A stretch of DNA of 64,000 bases from Eledone cirrhosa (Eukaryota). This document shows, piece after piece, positions 42,298 through 57,904 of the stretch. The notes under the pieces were generated by a model that saw only the letters and a program-made list of their open reading frames with translations, ran no database searches and was not told the DNA's origin. Each line of letters opens with the position of its first letter. Within the stretch, counting starts at the first letter, position 1. The stretch covers positions 2,790,001 through 2,854,000 of the forward strand of contig OZ024752.1 of assembly GCA_964016885.1 (NCBI GenBank), written 5' to 3'. A program made the translations under genes and the position numbers.

Positions 42298-44416
42298 TTC
42301 ATAAATATTAACCCATATAGTTTAAGAGAGATTTTACATTTATTTCCAGCAAACGAACAAAAAAAAAATTGAAATTACTTTTGAATTTTAATTTATTTGC
42401 ATTTACTAGGTGTGCATGCGTGTTTAGTACGATATTCTATCAAATATCTGAACTTTTCCTTTGCGAAGAAACTGATTCAATTTCATTAACCTCAACCCGA
42501 ACCAGTCATAAATCAAAATTGTTTTAATGAAAGGGAAAAGCAGTTTATACACCCGTATATTACTTATTTTGCATCTAAATACCCACATAATATAAGAAGC
42601 TACCTGCATCACATAAATCCTCTATATTTCGTATATATAAAGAATTCTCTTTCGAATTATTCTATATAACCACCGCTCCAAGCTGTAATGTTTATATCTA
42701 ATTTCGAACAATTGGCATTCAGCATTACACACGAAATTTGAATAATAATTACAAATATAATGTTGTCTGAATAATGAAAGCATTTCTTTATGCAAAATAT
42801 GATAAAAGAGAAAGAGATGGATTGAGAGAGAAAGTAAGAGAAGAAAGATTGGGAATAATGAAACGCATTTTAACCAGGAACAAATTGTATTCGTGTATAA
42901 CACGGGTTACATTTTCCTATGTAACATTTCTTATTTTGAAGTGATGGAAAGTAACTTATTTGAGAATTCAAAGATATCAAGTCACCGTATGGCTTATGGC
43001 ATGGTTAGTGCTCCATCCACAGCTAAAGCCAACAATTCACCCTGTAAATTAGGACAACTTTACACATCGACTCTTATGCTCAATTACGTTGGAGCATGGA
43101 AGCAATGCAGTATACCGCGATGTGGTTGCTGAATATTTGGCTTCGTATCTAATAAAAACGTCCGCTCCGAGTTCATAGGAATTAGTTCGTGGCAAATACA
43201 ATTGTCTTCAAACGCGCTATTAAACACATTTTCTGAAATGTGAACTCACGTTCTGTTCACTGATAATTTAGATTTCTAATCCTCAGGAACGTTTCATTGT
43301 ATCTACTATATTTATGTTGGAGTTGGATGACGATATTAACTATTTTTAATTAATTTAATCGACTCTGTTATATATTAAAATACAGCATTGTGTTAGCATT
43401 ACATTCCTTTTTCTCATATAGACACGGTATGCATCAAAATTATTTCAACAAGGCCTACCACTATTGCTAGTATAGGTGAAATGTTCACTCTTATTATTGT
43501 AATTTGTTCAACTTATTCCAAACATAGCAATTTCAAAATTCAATGGGCACGCCTGACATCTGATTCCACTGAAGAGATAACGAGTGAATTAGACAGAATG
43601 GCATAACTACAAGAGCATATATCGCCAGCATATGATTATATGAATATTGCATTGGAGAAATGCTATATAATGAAGAGTTATAATAGAGAAACTATTTCAA
43701 TGAAGCAGCAGTTGTGATAATAAAATAGGAGTGCATAGTGGATTCCGAAACTCTAAAAGAAGCTTATAAAAAATTGTTCATTCTAGCATGAAATAATATA
43801 TGTTATATACAAATATTGCATCCAAACTGCAATAAACAAATAACGAATATACGTTTTAGGTAATAATATACATTTCTCCATCAAATGTTATATCTGTTTT
43901 GAGGACTAATTATAATTTCGAATAGACAATGACAGGACTGCAATATCCTGTCATGTTTCATAAATATTAGTGCTTAAGTCTGTCCAGATATAATTGCTTC
44001 GAGAGAAACAATAAAGTGACCTGTACATTCAGCTGCAAAAGGACAGCAAAGGAGATTAGAAACCACTTTATGAGAAATATTTTGCAGCCTGCCATCTACG
44101 AGAATTGGATACTCTCTCAACATCAGATCAACATTTTTAAATGCACTATCTGTGTTCGATAATTACAAAAGCAATAGAGGTATATAAAGATGGTGCAGTA
44201 ATGCGGAATGAAACAAAATAGATCCTGGTTATTATTTCAAACGTAATTGAAGAACCGTAAGTCCTGTATGGAAATAAGGCCTATATCGGAAAGTAATATT
44301 TTTAGAAGTGGGATATAACCGTGCTCGTTTAACATTTTCAATATTACATACAATCTATAACGTATATTTCAACGAATTACCTTCACACGGTCCCATAATA
44401 TTTATATGCACAAGGC

Positions 44417-44460
<44 letters not shown>

Positions 44461-44673
44461 CATGTTTAATATGGGAATGTCTTCTACAGGACTATAGAGC
44501 TCTTTCATTCAAAATAAATCATCAGGGCTCTCCCGGTGATTTCTTTTATATGAAACATTCATAGTCTAGTGGAAGCCATTTCTATATTAAATATGATACT
44601 TACAATCTACTAAAGTATTGAGTATTTTCTACTGTGGGTACGCTTGATTGAGCCCAGAATTCACAGAAATACA

Positions 44674-44771
<98 letters not shown>

Positions 44772-44772
44772 A

Positions 44773-44803
<31 letters not shown>

Positions 44804-44838
44804 CATATATAAATATATATATAAATATATATATATAA

Positions 44839-44882
<44 letters not shown>

Positions 44883-45297
44883 TATTTTCCGTTGTGTTGT
44901 AATATAAATATTACACACAGTAGATTATCAGCTCACGTAGAGTTTGCTCGACGGTTCCAGTTGTAGTTCCAAAAGTAATCCGGAGAAAAATAGAAAGATT
45001 TGAATGGATACAGTTTAGTTGAAAGGAATTTATTGACACGTGTTTCTATAACAGTTACATAACCACCCCATCTCTATAATTAAATCTATCCCTAAAAATA
45101 TTTCCCTTAGAATCTCGGGTCTATCTTCTAACATACAAGTATTTAAGGAACACGCCGAGTACTACGATAACGCCCTTAGTAAAGCAGGCTACCTCAACAA
45201 AATAGAGTACATAGATGGGAACAATCAAAACACCCAAAATAAATCCCACATAGGTAGATATAATAACACAACACCAAACCACACTTACTACCATAGT

Positions 45298-46104
45298 ATG
45301 CATACCAGTAAACCAACAAACAAAACTAATAGAAAGCGATGCAAAGAGTACTTATGGTATAACCTCGAATACAATAGTTCCATTAGTACAAATTTACCAG
45401 TACTCTTCTTTAAAATAATTAAAAGACATTTTCCCACATCACACAAATACCACAAAATCCTAAACCCTACCACTATAAGACTGTCATACTATACAGCGTT
45501 AAACCTTGAACAACACATAAAAAGATCAATACTAGAAGGTTAAACGAAAACACTAAGAACTTAAGTACAAAGAACACAAAAAAAACAGTAAACAATACAC
45601 TACAGAACATAAATAAACCACACCTAAGTTCGTCCGCAATACTACTCCAGAGAAGACCCAACGTACACAACTGTAACTGCACCTATCCTGACAACTGCCC
45701 CCTCGGCAATAACTGCCTGGGAAAAAAATATTATTTATAAGTGTACCATTAAATCCGGAGGCAACGAGTGGTATTACGTGGGATCAACGGCAACATCGTT
45801 TAAATCTCGATTGTATAGGCATTCTTACTCAATAAAACACCAGAGCCAAAGAAATGTAACAACTTTAGCAGAAAAAGCTTGGACGCTCAGGGATAGCGAT
45901 CAAAAGTTTACCCGAAAATGGGAAAAATTAGCTAAAACCCAAAGCTTTTCCAGGAGCCAAAATTTCTGCAAATTGTGTAATCTTGAGATTTATTACATAA
46001 TCACACACAAGAAGAAACTGCTGAATAACAGAATTGAACGAACATTATTCTGCTGTCACAGAACTAAAACCCTTTTTTCCCACTACAAGCCGAATATTAC
46101 ATAA
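45298..46104 (+). pseudogene. PLE linker plus GIY-YIG endonuclease (stops and frameshifts)
   Basis: RKRCKEYLWYNLEYNSSISTNL..KRHFPTSHKYHKILNPTTIRLSY, then NCNCTYPDNCPLGNNCL, NIIYKC..YYVGSTATSFKSRLYRH and CKLCNLE..LLNNRIE..CCHRTK. Confidence 0.93.
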
Positions 46105-46371
46105 AAGAGGGACATCCCCCAACTATATAAACCTTAATCTAGTTAGAAAAATATAAAAACAATCTCGTCTCAACATATATTAATAACCTTAAATTACCAC
46201 ACTAATAATGGAAAGATATGCTGATGAGAATAGGTACAAATATGCGATAATGAATGTGTCTAAAAACGTCCATAAGTATGTATATATATGTGAAAATGTA
46301 TATAAATAAGTAAATATATATATATGTTTGATGTGTATAGTTAGATGTAAGTGTATTTATGTATTAAAGTG

Positions 46372-46412
<41 letters not shown>

Positions 46413-46964
46413 ATATGTGTATATGGATGTGTATGTATGTGTATGTGTGTACACATGGACTAGACTATGTATGTATATAAGTGTGTGTCTATACGTGTGT
46501 ATATAAAGATAAGTTGAGTATGAAAATGTATACACATGAGCGCGTATGTATGTACATGAATACATGTGTGTATATATATGTGTATGCATGTGTATATATA
46601 TGTAAGTATGAATATGTGAATTGTGAGTATATGTATTTTGTAGAGGTGTGCAAATATATTTGTTTGTGAATGCGTGGGTGAAAGGATACGTACACTTGAA
46701 AGAAAAATTTAAGTCTGAATATTAATTTAAGTGCAAACACAAAACCAACCACGCATATCTTTACTATCTCTAATCCTTCTATAGATTTAGAAAAATAACC
46801 AATAATATATTCTATAAAAAATGTCAAAACAACAGATGGGAATCTAATTACTCACTGCCACCAAGAATTCTCACTGCTATCGAAAAACCACTCCTTCAAC
46901 TATTCTTCTAACAACTTCACCCCTCCCTCCTAATATTCTCTATAAAAACTAAATAGGTCCTCAG

Positions 46965-47027
46965 TAATATTATTCTGATGAAATGACAGTAAATAATAAC
47001 ATTGAAATATTGAATGTCTGCATATTG
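46965..47027 (+). ncRNA. Candidate hammerhead in the PLE 3' tail
   Basis: CUGAUGA-aaug..cauu-GAAA-uau uga aug-UC. Core intact and stems II/III plausible, stem I only distally paired. Same strand as the ORF. Confidence 0.55.
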
Positions 47028-47097
47028 TAGATAGCAGCTGTTTTAGGTTATGTAACTGTTATAGAAACACGTGTCAATAAATTCATTCAAATCTTTC

Positions 47098-48040
<943 letters not shown>

Positions 48041-48364
48041 GAAAATGTGTGTTATCCTTGGTACAGTTAGGTATAATATATATATATAGTAATAATAATA
48101 AATTTGAAGATTAAAATCCAAAGAGGGCTCGATACGGATAAATATATATCAAATATATAAGAATCGTAGAGCAAATATTTATTAAATTAACAGATTAAAG
48201 TTTAAGCAAAGAATCGCTGCTTTCACCCTTCTGAAACTAACAAAGTCAATCTGTGAACGCAGAAGTGAATATTTCAAAAAACGTTGCAACCGGAGTAAGA
48301 CAGGAAGACGATACCCTGGTTCGTGGAAACGTTCCCTGGCAAAGAACGGGAAAAAACTAATATA

Positions 48365-48550
48365 ATTGTTTCTACTTTAGGCGCAAGGTCGACAATTACC
48401 CAGTGCATTACTTGTACTTTATTTTATCGACCCTGTAAGAATGAAAGGCAAAGTCAACCTCGGCGGGATTTGAATTCAAATCTTAAAGGGATTTAACTAT
48501 GCTGGAAAGCATGGCGTCTGACCCTCTACCGATACTGCCAACCCACCGCC
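48365..48550 (-). mobile_element. SINE family A inserted into the PLE tail, with 13-bp TSD
   Basis: Flanks are aaactaatataat (48354-48366) and aaacgaatataat (48555-48567). Confidence 0.9.
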
Positions 48551-49469
48551 GATCAAACGAATATAATACGTCATTAATAGGAGCGTTGAAAAACAATCAC
48601 ACGCAAAGACAAAACCACGTTTATGGTATAAAAGAAGTCGTAGAGTAATATTCTCTTAGGTGGTTCATAGAGACGTTCTCTGGCAATGAACGGAAGAAAC
48701 GAAGATAATACGTCATATTTTGAGCGTGGAGAACAATTGCACGCAAAGACAAAACCACGTAAATGGTATAACTGAAGTCGTAGACTAAAATTCTAACTAG
48801 GAAACCGAAAGAATCTCCGCTTCAGAGTTAAGAATAAAGTAAATAAAATACAGAGGTAATTGAAATAAATACATACACGCATCCATATACGTACATACAC
48901 AAGCATACGCGAAAACACTCGCCATAGGTAAACAAATACATGCACGTACAAAAAAAAAAAAAACACACACGCACATACAGAACCCATTCAACGCCTGTAC
49001 CAGCACGCATACGACTGTATACACCCAATACACACAAAATATATATAAAAATATATATATTAATATATATATATGTGTGTGTGTGTGCGAGAATACATAT
49101 AATTAAATAAACGTATATAAATAAATAAATACGTATATAACATATAAATACACATATGTTCGGAGACTACTCAACCAAAACACGAAGTACACATATTCAC
49201 CCACCCTACATACGTACGAACCCGCATACTCACACCGACGCAAAACTCACGTATACACATAACCAAAGGCATTTGTACCAGAATATATAATATATACCCC
49301 GTAACACATACAATCAAATATACGTACGAGGAAGTATACGTACCTTTATAAAACATACAGGTAATATATACTTACCTATACAAATAAGTAATGGTATAAA
49401 CATAACATATACTTAGCTACCACATCAAGACGAAAAATATCCCCGTATAGTTCGTACTATCCGTAGGGT

Positions 49470-50057
49470 ATAATGTGGGGTTGTAATACAGGAAAGTTTT
49501 GTGCAATTTATGTTTACAAGCCGAAATTGCCTCAGATTTTTTGTTATAGATGTGGTGTTTGGCGTAGAGTATTTCCACAGCCGCAGCGGCGCAGAGGTCA
49601 CATGGTCTTTTATTTCGTTATACGATCTAACGCTAGTAAGGATCTCCCAGTGTAACTTATATTGGGTATGGTTGGCTTTTAGACTCCAGATATAAGCTGA
49701 AAGTGACGTCATATTCCTTCTTAAACGGTAACAAAGAGAATGGGTATGCATGTAAAGACGCTGCTTGAATCTGTTGGCGGTTAACCCTATGTAGGCCCTA
49801 CGGGACGTGGGTGTTTCAACCTTACATTTGTAGACAATGTTACTAGAGAGGCATTTCCCGGATAGGTGCAGTCAACCCGATTCCTACAATTACAGTTAGT
49901 ACTAACTACAGAGATGCACGTGTTCCTACGGCTAGGTAGTTTAGCTAAATTTGAAGCGGTGATGTTATGTGCAAGGTTAGGAATCGTAGAGTAAGACATT
50001 TTAATAGTATTTCTATTATAAATTTTACTGTATTTATGTGTAGGGGAAAAAATGCAC
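49470..50057 (-). pseudogene. PLE linker plus GIY-YIG endonuclease (frameshifted)
   Basis: THKYSKIYNRNTIKMSYSTIPNL..TNCNCRNRVDCTYPG.CLSSNIVYKCKVE..RAYIGLTANRFKQRLYMH..TSLSAYIWSLK..YKLHWEIL. Confidence 0.93.
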
Positions 50058-50228
50058 CCCAGGGCACGTTTCCACGAACCAAAGTATCGTCTTCCTGTCT
50101 TCCTCCGGTAGCAACGTTTTTTTTGAAATATTCACTTCTGCGTTCACAGATTGACTTTGTTAGTTTCAGAAGATCCCGTTAAGGGTGAAAGCACCGATTT
50201 TTTGCTTAAACTTTAATCTGTTATTTTA

Positions 50229-50287
<59 letters not shown>

Positions 50288-50647
50288 CGTGTGCGTGTGC
50301 GCGTGTGTGTGTGTGTATGTGTGCATGTGTGCGTGCGTGCGTGAGTGTGTTTAAAAGTATGTATAAAGAGATATATGAATGTATCTATCTGATGATTTTG
50401 AGAACTGTGATTTATGTATATATTTAGTGTAAATTGATTATGCTATTGCCAAAAGTAATATACTGAACATTTTTTATTCCATATAAATTATTTTATTTGC
50501 GATTATCTGTTGAAGTTTCTACTCACACTTGTTTGTTATAATTAGCTTCGACATGAGAGGCCGAATGTCAAATTTCTTAGTCTCTATACGATTTATTTAT
50601 ATATTAATGCCATGTTTGTAGTACTAGCCCTTATTCATTAATAAAAT

Positions 50648-50813
50648 AATTGTTTCTACTTTAGGCACAAGGCCAGTACATTACTGGTACTTTATTTTAT
50701 CGACCCCGTAAGGATGAAAGGCAAAGTTAACCTCGGCGGTTTTTGAACTCAGAATGTAAAGGGACCTAACTATGCTAGAAAGCATGGCGTCCAACCCTCT
50801 ACCGATACTGCCA
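50648..50813 (-). mobile_element. SINE family A
   Basis: Reverse complement of the consensus, with aataaaataat on both sides (possible TSD). Confidence 0.9.
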
Positions 50814-51189
50814 ATAATAAAATAATGATTTCTAATCTGGTAGAATTACAGAATAAGTAGATATCCTGACAACATTTCTTAGATATTTCATCCTGTTACA
50901 TTATATTCCGATATATTTCTTGCCGAAAATAGCATTCGACGGTGTGTATAAGAGCTAATAAAGACGTCGATTTATTTACTCTTCCATCAATATATATCTT
51001 GTAATGATTTCTAATAAAGGTATACATGTTATCCCAATGATTGGATATAAAATATTTTAATGATCCATGAAAGTTGAAAACGTTGGACTTTTACTGAGAT
51101 CTATGTCTTCCTTAATATTTTAATGTTTCCTTAATATCGGCCTTGTGTTGCTAATGGATATACCAAATGTTATTATTACTATTATTAAT

Positions 51190-51316
51190 AATTGTTTCTA
51201 CTTTTTGGCACAAGGCCAGCAATTATTCAGTGCGTTACTGGTACTTTATTTTATCGACACCGTAAGGATGAAAAGCAAAGTCAACCGCGGCGGGATTCGA
51301 ACTCAGATTAGTAAGG
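51190..51316 (-). mobile_element. SINE family A, 5'-truncated
   Basis: Reverse complement of the 3' two-thirds of the consensus. Confidence 0.85.
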
Positions 51317-51325
51317 GTGGTGGTC

Positions 51326-51362
<37 letters not shown>

Positions 51363-51394
51363 CAGCAGCAGTAGTAGTAGTAGTATTAGTAGTC

Positions 51395-51436
<42 letters not shown>

Positions 51437-51737
51437 AGACAATCGGTGGAATCCTCCTTCACTCATGCAGACTTTTCATAGATTTATCGAAGGGCTGCAT
51501 GTATAGTATGACTGTTTAAGTACCCATCTTTGTGATTCTCCGTGCAACAGTTGCAGCTTTACTGAAACGTTACGTGTAATTTACGCTGACTGAACTTGTA
51601 CTTTTTTTTTTATTTTAGCAGCACCACTCATTCTATATTTAATCCTGCATCACCCTTAATATGATGGGTCTAAGGCATTTCCATTTGATGATCTTCTCTT
51701 TACCCAATATGGCAAAACATGTATATATATATGTGTG

Positions 51738-51951
51738 AAGGTGTGTGGCTGAGTTGTTAGCGAATTGGATTCACAATCTTGAGGTTGTGAGTTTAATTCC
51801 TGGACCTGGCGATACGTTATGTCCTTGAGCCAAACACTTTATTTCACGTTGCTCCTTCTACCCGGAGTTCCGACCGATAGATATTACAAGCAACTGGAAA
51901 GACCGACGAAAACATTGTCTCCTCGGTACGATTTTGCGAAAGTCGATCGAT
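51738..51951 (+). mobile_element. SINE family B (tRNA head plus CORE-like segment)
   Basis: tggctgagttgttag (A box), gagtttaattcc (B box), gtccttgagccaaacactttatttcacgttgctcc. Matches 31022-31228. Confidence 0.8.
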
Positions 51952-52065
51952 CCTTCATATATATATATTTATATATATTATTCTCCATCGAGTGCTAAAT
52001 CTACATTCCGAATTTGCATTCGTTAGCTTAGCCGCAGCCTAAAGCTTCGTTAATGCTGTACTAAC

Positions 52066-52147
<82 letters not shown>

Positions 52148-52151
<4 letters not shown>

Positions 52152-52400
52152 TAAAATAACAGATTACAGTTTAAGCAAACAATCGCTGCTTTCACCATTA
52201 ACGGGATCTTCTGAAACCAAAAATGTCAACTGTGAACGCAGAAGTGAATATTTCAAAAAACGTTGCAACCGAAGGAAGACATGAAGACGATACTTTGGGT
52301 CGTGGAAACGTTCCCTGGCAATGAACGAAAAAAAACCCCAAATAATAAGTCATAATTTGGTACGGTGAAAACAATTACACTATATTTTCCTAGGTGGCGA
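52148..52400 (-). mobile_element. Solo 3' terminus of the PLE family at 48176-50235
   Basis: ttaaaataacagattacagtttaagcaaacaatcgctgctttcacc..gtggaaacgttccctggc matches 48180-48345. Abuts (TA)n. Confidence 0.88.
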
Positions 52401-52574
52401 ATTGGCCGAGGGCAATTTTGACTTTCATCATTTTGTTGTTGATAGAAAAATTTCATTCAGCTACTGAAACTGATTTTTTTTCTCATAATCACTTTTCCCT
52501 TTCTTTCTATCACTCCTTCTCAGGATTTATGGTTTGTAGACTTGAAGACCCGTCTCTTCATTTGTACAATGTAG

Positions 52575-52998
52575 TATGTGCAGCTGTACGGCTCTGAGAC
52601 TTAGACAATCACCAAGAGATTCTCTCGGATGGTGGATGTGTGCTACACGAGGATGTGGAGTATGGCTCTAAACATTCATCATTATGCACGGAGGATGAAG
52701 AACTCGCAGTTGTACGGGAGCCTCCCAAACATCAGATCGAATATGACACAAGAGGAAACTGAGATGAGCAGAACATGCTAGCGACATTCAGAGTTGGCCC
52801 TACACCCAGTTGTCCTATTGGAGCCCCTACACGGACACACTGGAAAAGAGAGACCGAGGATAATATATGTTAATACCCTAAGGACAGACACAGGTCTCTG
52901 GAATATGCGGGACATAGCGGCGGAGATGATGGACAAAGACCACTGGGGAGAACTCATCTATATATCTCGGGAATTTTAGCCTCCCTAGGTATAGGTAA
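52575..52998 (+). mobile_element. 3' fragment of the RTE LINE family at 11584-14097
   Basis: LYGSET*TIT..MKNSQLYGSLP..LHPVVLLEPLHGHTGKERPRIIYVNTLR parallels ORF 11584..11877. Confidence 0.9.
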
Positions 52999-53524
52999 GT
53001 TCAGATTTGTTATTAGGTAAACTGGTATTTAAAAATGTTTTCACGGAAGTACAGTATTTGACATTTTACGTCAACAATTTCAAATTTAGCTGTTACCCAA
53101 TTGAAATGAGATTATAAATTAATTCAAATCTAACTTAAGAATAGTAATTTCAGAATGAGAATAACACTAACATATTTGATTATAACATAATAAACAAGGG
53201 ACTGCGCAAGTGATAGCGTTAGAAATATAATTTGTAATGATAAGAATGTGAATATGCTTTGGTGATTATAGATGTATATTATCCCAATAATGAGAAAACA
53301 ATCTCATCATTCAATTGTAAAAGTGTTCCAGTTTTTCAGGTGCAACTAGGCCAAGGAATCCGAACCGCGATCACAACAAACAAATAGCTTGTATTTATCA
53401 ATGTTAAATAATTATGTCTAGATTGATTATTGTTCTTTTGATATTGCTTGTGTGATCTCTACAAAAACACTCTTTAAAGAATGCGCATTTTAAATATTAA
53501 TCGATTAACAGAATCACTGCGATG

Positions 53525-53560
<36 letters not shown>

Positions 53561-53585
53561 CAAACACACACACGCACAACGAATG

Positions 53586-53628
<43 letters not shown>

Positions 53629-53637
<9 letters not shown>

Positions 53638-54405
53638 GGATGTATATATAATATATTTTGCAATACACTTTATGCTTAATTAAAAGCATGTTGAAGACCG
53701 TAAGCTATTGTTTTAAAGTAGTGACAAATTCACTCACTTTGATCTCAGAAAACAGGGGAGATAAGCCGACAAGACTTGTTTCACTTTGGTTGAAGCTTAT
53801 CAAGGCCAACTACCCCACCTGCTTACTGAGATCATTGATGTTATATTCTTATAGAAATCTAGTAAATAATTAGGAGCTGATTATGCAGAGAGGTTGTTGG
53901 TCAGGCAGAAATTAAAAATTAGAATTGGAGCTCTAAAATAGCCCTGTTTGCTGAGATCAAAGTGAGTGAATCTGTCACTACTTTAAAACAATAGCTTACG
54001 GTCTTCAAAATGCGTTTAATTAAGCATAAAGTGTATTGCAAAATACATTATATATACATCCATATATATATTGCTATTTCAGAGCTCCAATTCAAATTTT
54101 TAATTTCTGCCTGACCAACAACCGCTCTGCATAATCAGCTCCTGATTATTTACTAGATTTCTATAAGAATATAACATCAATGATCTCAGTAAGCAAGTTG
54201 GCCTTGATACGCTTCAACCAAAGCGAAACAAGTCTTGTCGGCTTATCTCCCCTGTTTGCTGAGATCAAAGTGAGTGAATTTGTCACTACTTTAAAAAAAT
54301 AGCTTACTGTCTTCAAAATGCTTTTAATTAAGCATAAAGTGTATTGCAAAATACATTATATATACATCCATATATATATTGCTATTTCAGAGCTCCAATT
54401 CTAAT
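53629..54405. mobile_element. 308-bp tandem HHR unit (about 1.5 copies, plus strand) preceded by one inverted monomer; retrozyme-like
   Basis: Period 308 (cctgtttgctgag at 53943 and 54251; gctatttcagagc at 54073 and 54381). 53629-53942 is a reverse-complement monomer. (TA)n on both sides. Confidence 0.9.
53764..53807 (-). ncRNA. Type I hammerhead with U3-A8 core variant (second copy at 54200-54243, plus strand)
   Basis: Minus strand: ggcc-UUGAUAA-gcuu caacca aagu-GAAA-caagucuug-UC/ggcu. The plus copy has gcuu/aagc but A9 changed to C. Confidence 0.75.
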
Positions 54406-54414
54406 ATATCTATA

Positions 54415-55332
<918 letters not shown>

Positions 55333-56229
55333 GATACATAGATAGACATGCATATGTCCACTCATGCGTTTGTTTATGCTTATGTGTGTATGTGTGTTTC
55401 TATTGTAGAGGTAGGTTAGATAAGAGAGAGAGGAACACACAAATGAATATACTAATATGATATTCAAATTTAGAAATCGAAATTTGTGTTCACAAACAAA
55501 CCACAACCATTTAAACCAAAGAAGAATCTTCATACATCTAGTGTGCCAACTTCGATTCCGGAACTGATAAGGCGAACGGCGGGGTACATTGTCTGTATCA
55601 GTATAAACACACCGATGGCTCATCATATATTTAAAAGGACAATAACAACAAACTGCACCGAACTCCACAAAACAAATCTGTACAGTAAAATACCAACTAA
55701 CAATATGAGCACATTATACGAGAAATACCCCAAAATATAGAGGATTACTTAAGGAAGCGATATACATTATACCATATATTGGTGACATAATCATATAAAG
55801 ACACGTCATAATACAAAAATATGCGTGAAATATATGATAAATATTCGTTGCATTACAAGCGATAAATCAAACAAAATAATTTGCGATGTCTTTATGAAGT
55901 ATAATTACGCACAATAAAATATACAGTATAAGATATCTATCTACCACATATTACCTTTCTATTATGTAGATCTAGAAGTTTTAAATAAATGAACTAATCA
56001 ATTAGCACTCGTGGTAGACACCCGATTTAAGTTTTAAAGGTCTGATGATCCCAACTGTTATTAACATATAATTACCTTATATAATGTTTACTTTCATTTA
56101 TAATATCATAGGGCATTGTTAAAGAGATATTTAACGTTTGCGGGACTATGTCGATCATCCGGTTGTAAACATATCCCTTAGTATGGCCCTCAATCAATTG
56201 TGCCTTTTGTTGACATGATATACTCAATA

Positions 56230-56332
56230 ATAATGGTTTCTACTTTTGGCACAAGGCCAGCAATTAACCAGTGCATTACTGGTACTTTATTTTATCGACC
56301 CCGTAAGGATGAAAGGCAAAGTCAACCTCGGC
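56230..56332 (-). mobile_element. SINE family A, 3' half
   Basis: gtttctacttttggcacaaggccagc..gtcaacctcggc. Confidence 0.85.
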
Positions 56333-57904
56333 ATAAATTATGTCTTTAATTGTACAGAGAGGCAATACATATTCCAGGCGTATTTTATATCATTAGCAAC
56401 AATTTCTACATATTTGAACATCTTGTTTCAAGCTTATTGATTAGACATTTATAAACAGTTTAAATGAATAGCATTGTGGGTGAATGTGTTTAATTTCAGC
56501 CTACATTCAAATTTCTCATTTATTATCACAAGTACAAAAATCATGCTATATGAAATGATGAAAAAGAAAGAGACCAATTGACTAATATCTACAATCACGA
56601 TAGAACATTTACTGAAAATATGATAAGATTTATGTTGTGATTGAGTATGGTGGGGTGTATCTGTATGGGCGTGTGTCTGTGCGTGTATGTATAAGTATCT
56701 GTGCGTTATCATTTTCTTTTCATATATTTTCATTCTCATTATACGATAAGTGCTCGTGTTTTTTTTGTTTATTTTTCGAATACATATATGATTTTATATT
56801 GATTCCTTATCTGTCTAACATTTAATTTTATGTTCTTAATTTCACTTTTGCTAGCCAGTCATCTCAGATATTGATATCATTTTATTATGAACTTTTGTAT
56901 TCATTTATATTTTGAAATCTAATTTTTTTTTCTATTAATTTTTTGCACGTTTCTGAAATATGAATGCTCACAACCTTATCTTTAGTTCATGAATAAATAT
57001 TCTTTATTTATTTACGATTAAGCACACATCTATTTCGTATTTCAAAACTGATGTTTAACCACTACCATTTTTTTAAATACTGCCTCACCTTTCCATTCAA
57101 AATAACAACTGTTTCTTTCGACAAGTTATTTCCAGAGATCTAATCTTCTCCTTCCCCTCCAATAACACCACCACGTGATACTGCTCTTTGCTATTCGATA
57201 TATTATTATCTTCACCAAGAATTTAAAAATAAATCAAATATCAATTATGAAAACTCCTACTTAGTCTATCGTTCACATACATCTGACTCATACCTTATAC
57301 CTTTTTTTTTTCATTCTGAGACTGTTATTTTATGGCTGTCCTTTTCCCTCGGTGCAATAATGGTAATCCTCATTTTACCTAAGTGTACGAGTTGGCATAT
57401 CTATTATAAAATAATATGAAACGGTTACAGTTGTGAGTTATCCACACATTCTAAATTTATCTCTCCATACAAAATATTTGGCCCAAATCTCATTTCTCAC
57501 TTCATCCTATGGCATACTAGTTGAATTTTGATAAATTAATATGTTTAGATCTAGTCTTTTGTGTGCCTATCGTCATAATATGCTTTGGTTTGAAGATGAC
57601 TACCGTCAATACATGTTCTCTATAATTTTAGCCTATTTTTGCAAGTGTTCTCTTGTATACATAGTTTGTGCGATGTATAAAGAGACGTATAAATCATTTA
57701 AGATGATACTCTGAAATATGTGTTACGTTAGGCGTAACACAGCGAGTTTAAAGACTTTGTAAGTTTTTATTTGAATTAATATATGAGATTTACTTGTCTT
57801 TCTTCACAACTGAACATGCGCAAACTACACAAACAAAAAGTAGCAGACATGTTCGTACCAGGATTTTAAACAAATATAGTCTCTCTCTCTCCCCATATAT
57901 ATAT

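Larger units (their letters stand above)
44985..47103 (+). mobile_element. 5'-truncated Penelope-like element with inverted terminal copy
   Basis: GIY-YIG remnant inside. About 44988-45064 is an inverted copy of the 3' terminus at 47046-47103 (gaatttattgacacgtgtttctataacagttacataacc). The 3' end abuts a long (TA)n. Confidence 0.9.
48176..50235 (-). mobile_element. 5'-truncated Penelope-like element with about 175-bp inverted terminal copy
   Basis: 48176-48340 is the reverse complement of 50058-50235. A GIY-YIG remnant lies on the minus strand. About 140-bp direct sub-repeats occur at 48570-48800. Confidence 0.92.

Noticed and set aside
43500-44400. Possible decayed transposon coding sequence (also 5200-5700, 31480-31920 and 60100-60900)
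   Set aside because: Only vague motif resemblance. It needs a TBLASTX/Dfam search.
46216-46276. Second HHR-like motif in the PLE tail (ctgatga..gata); also a GAAA-less remnant at 48791-48834 (-)
   Set aside because: The GAAA half of the core is mutated or deleted. Possibly decayed ribozymes, but not supportable.
53629-54405. CRISPR-like or other prokaryotic repeat array
   Set aside because: Eukaryotic context, and the repeats are whole 308-bp units with no unique spacers.
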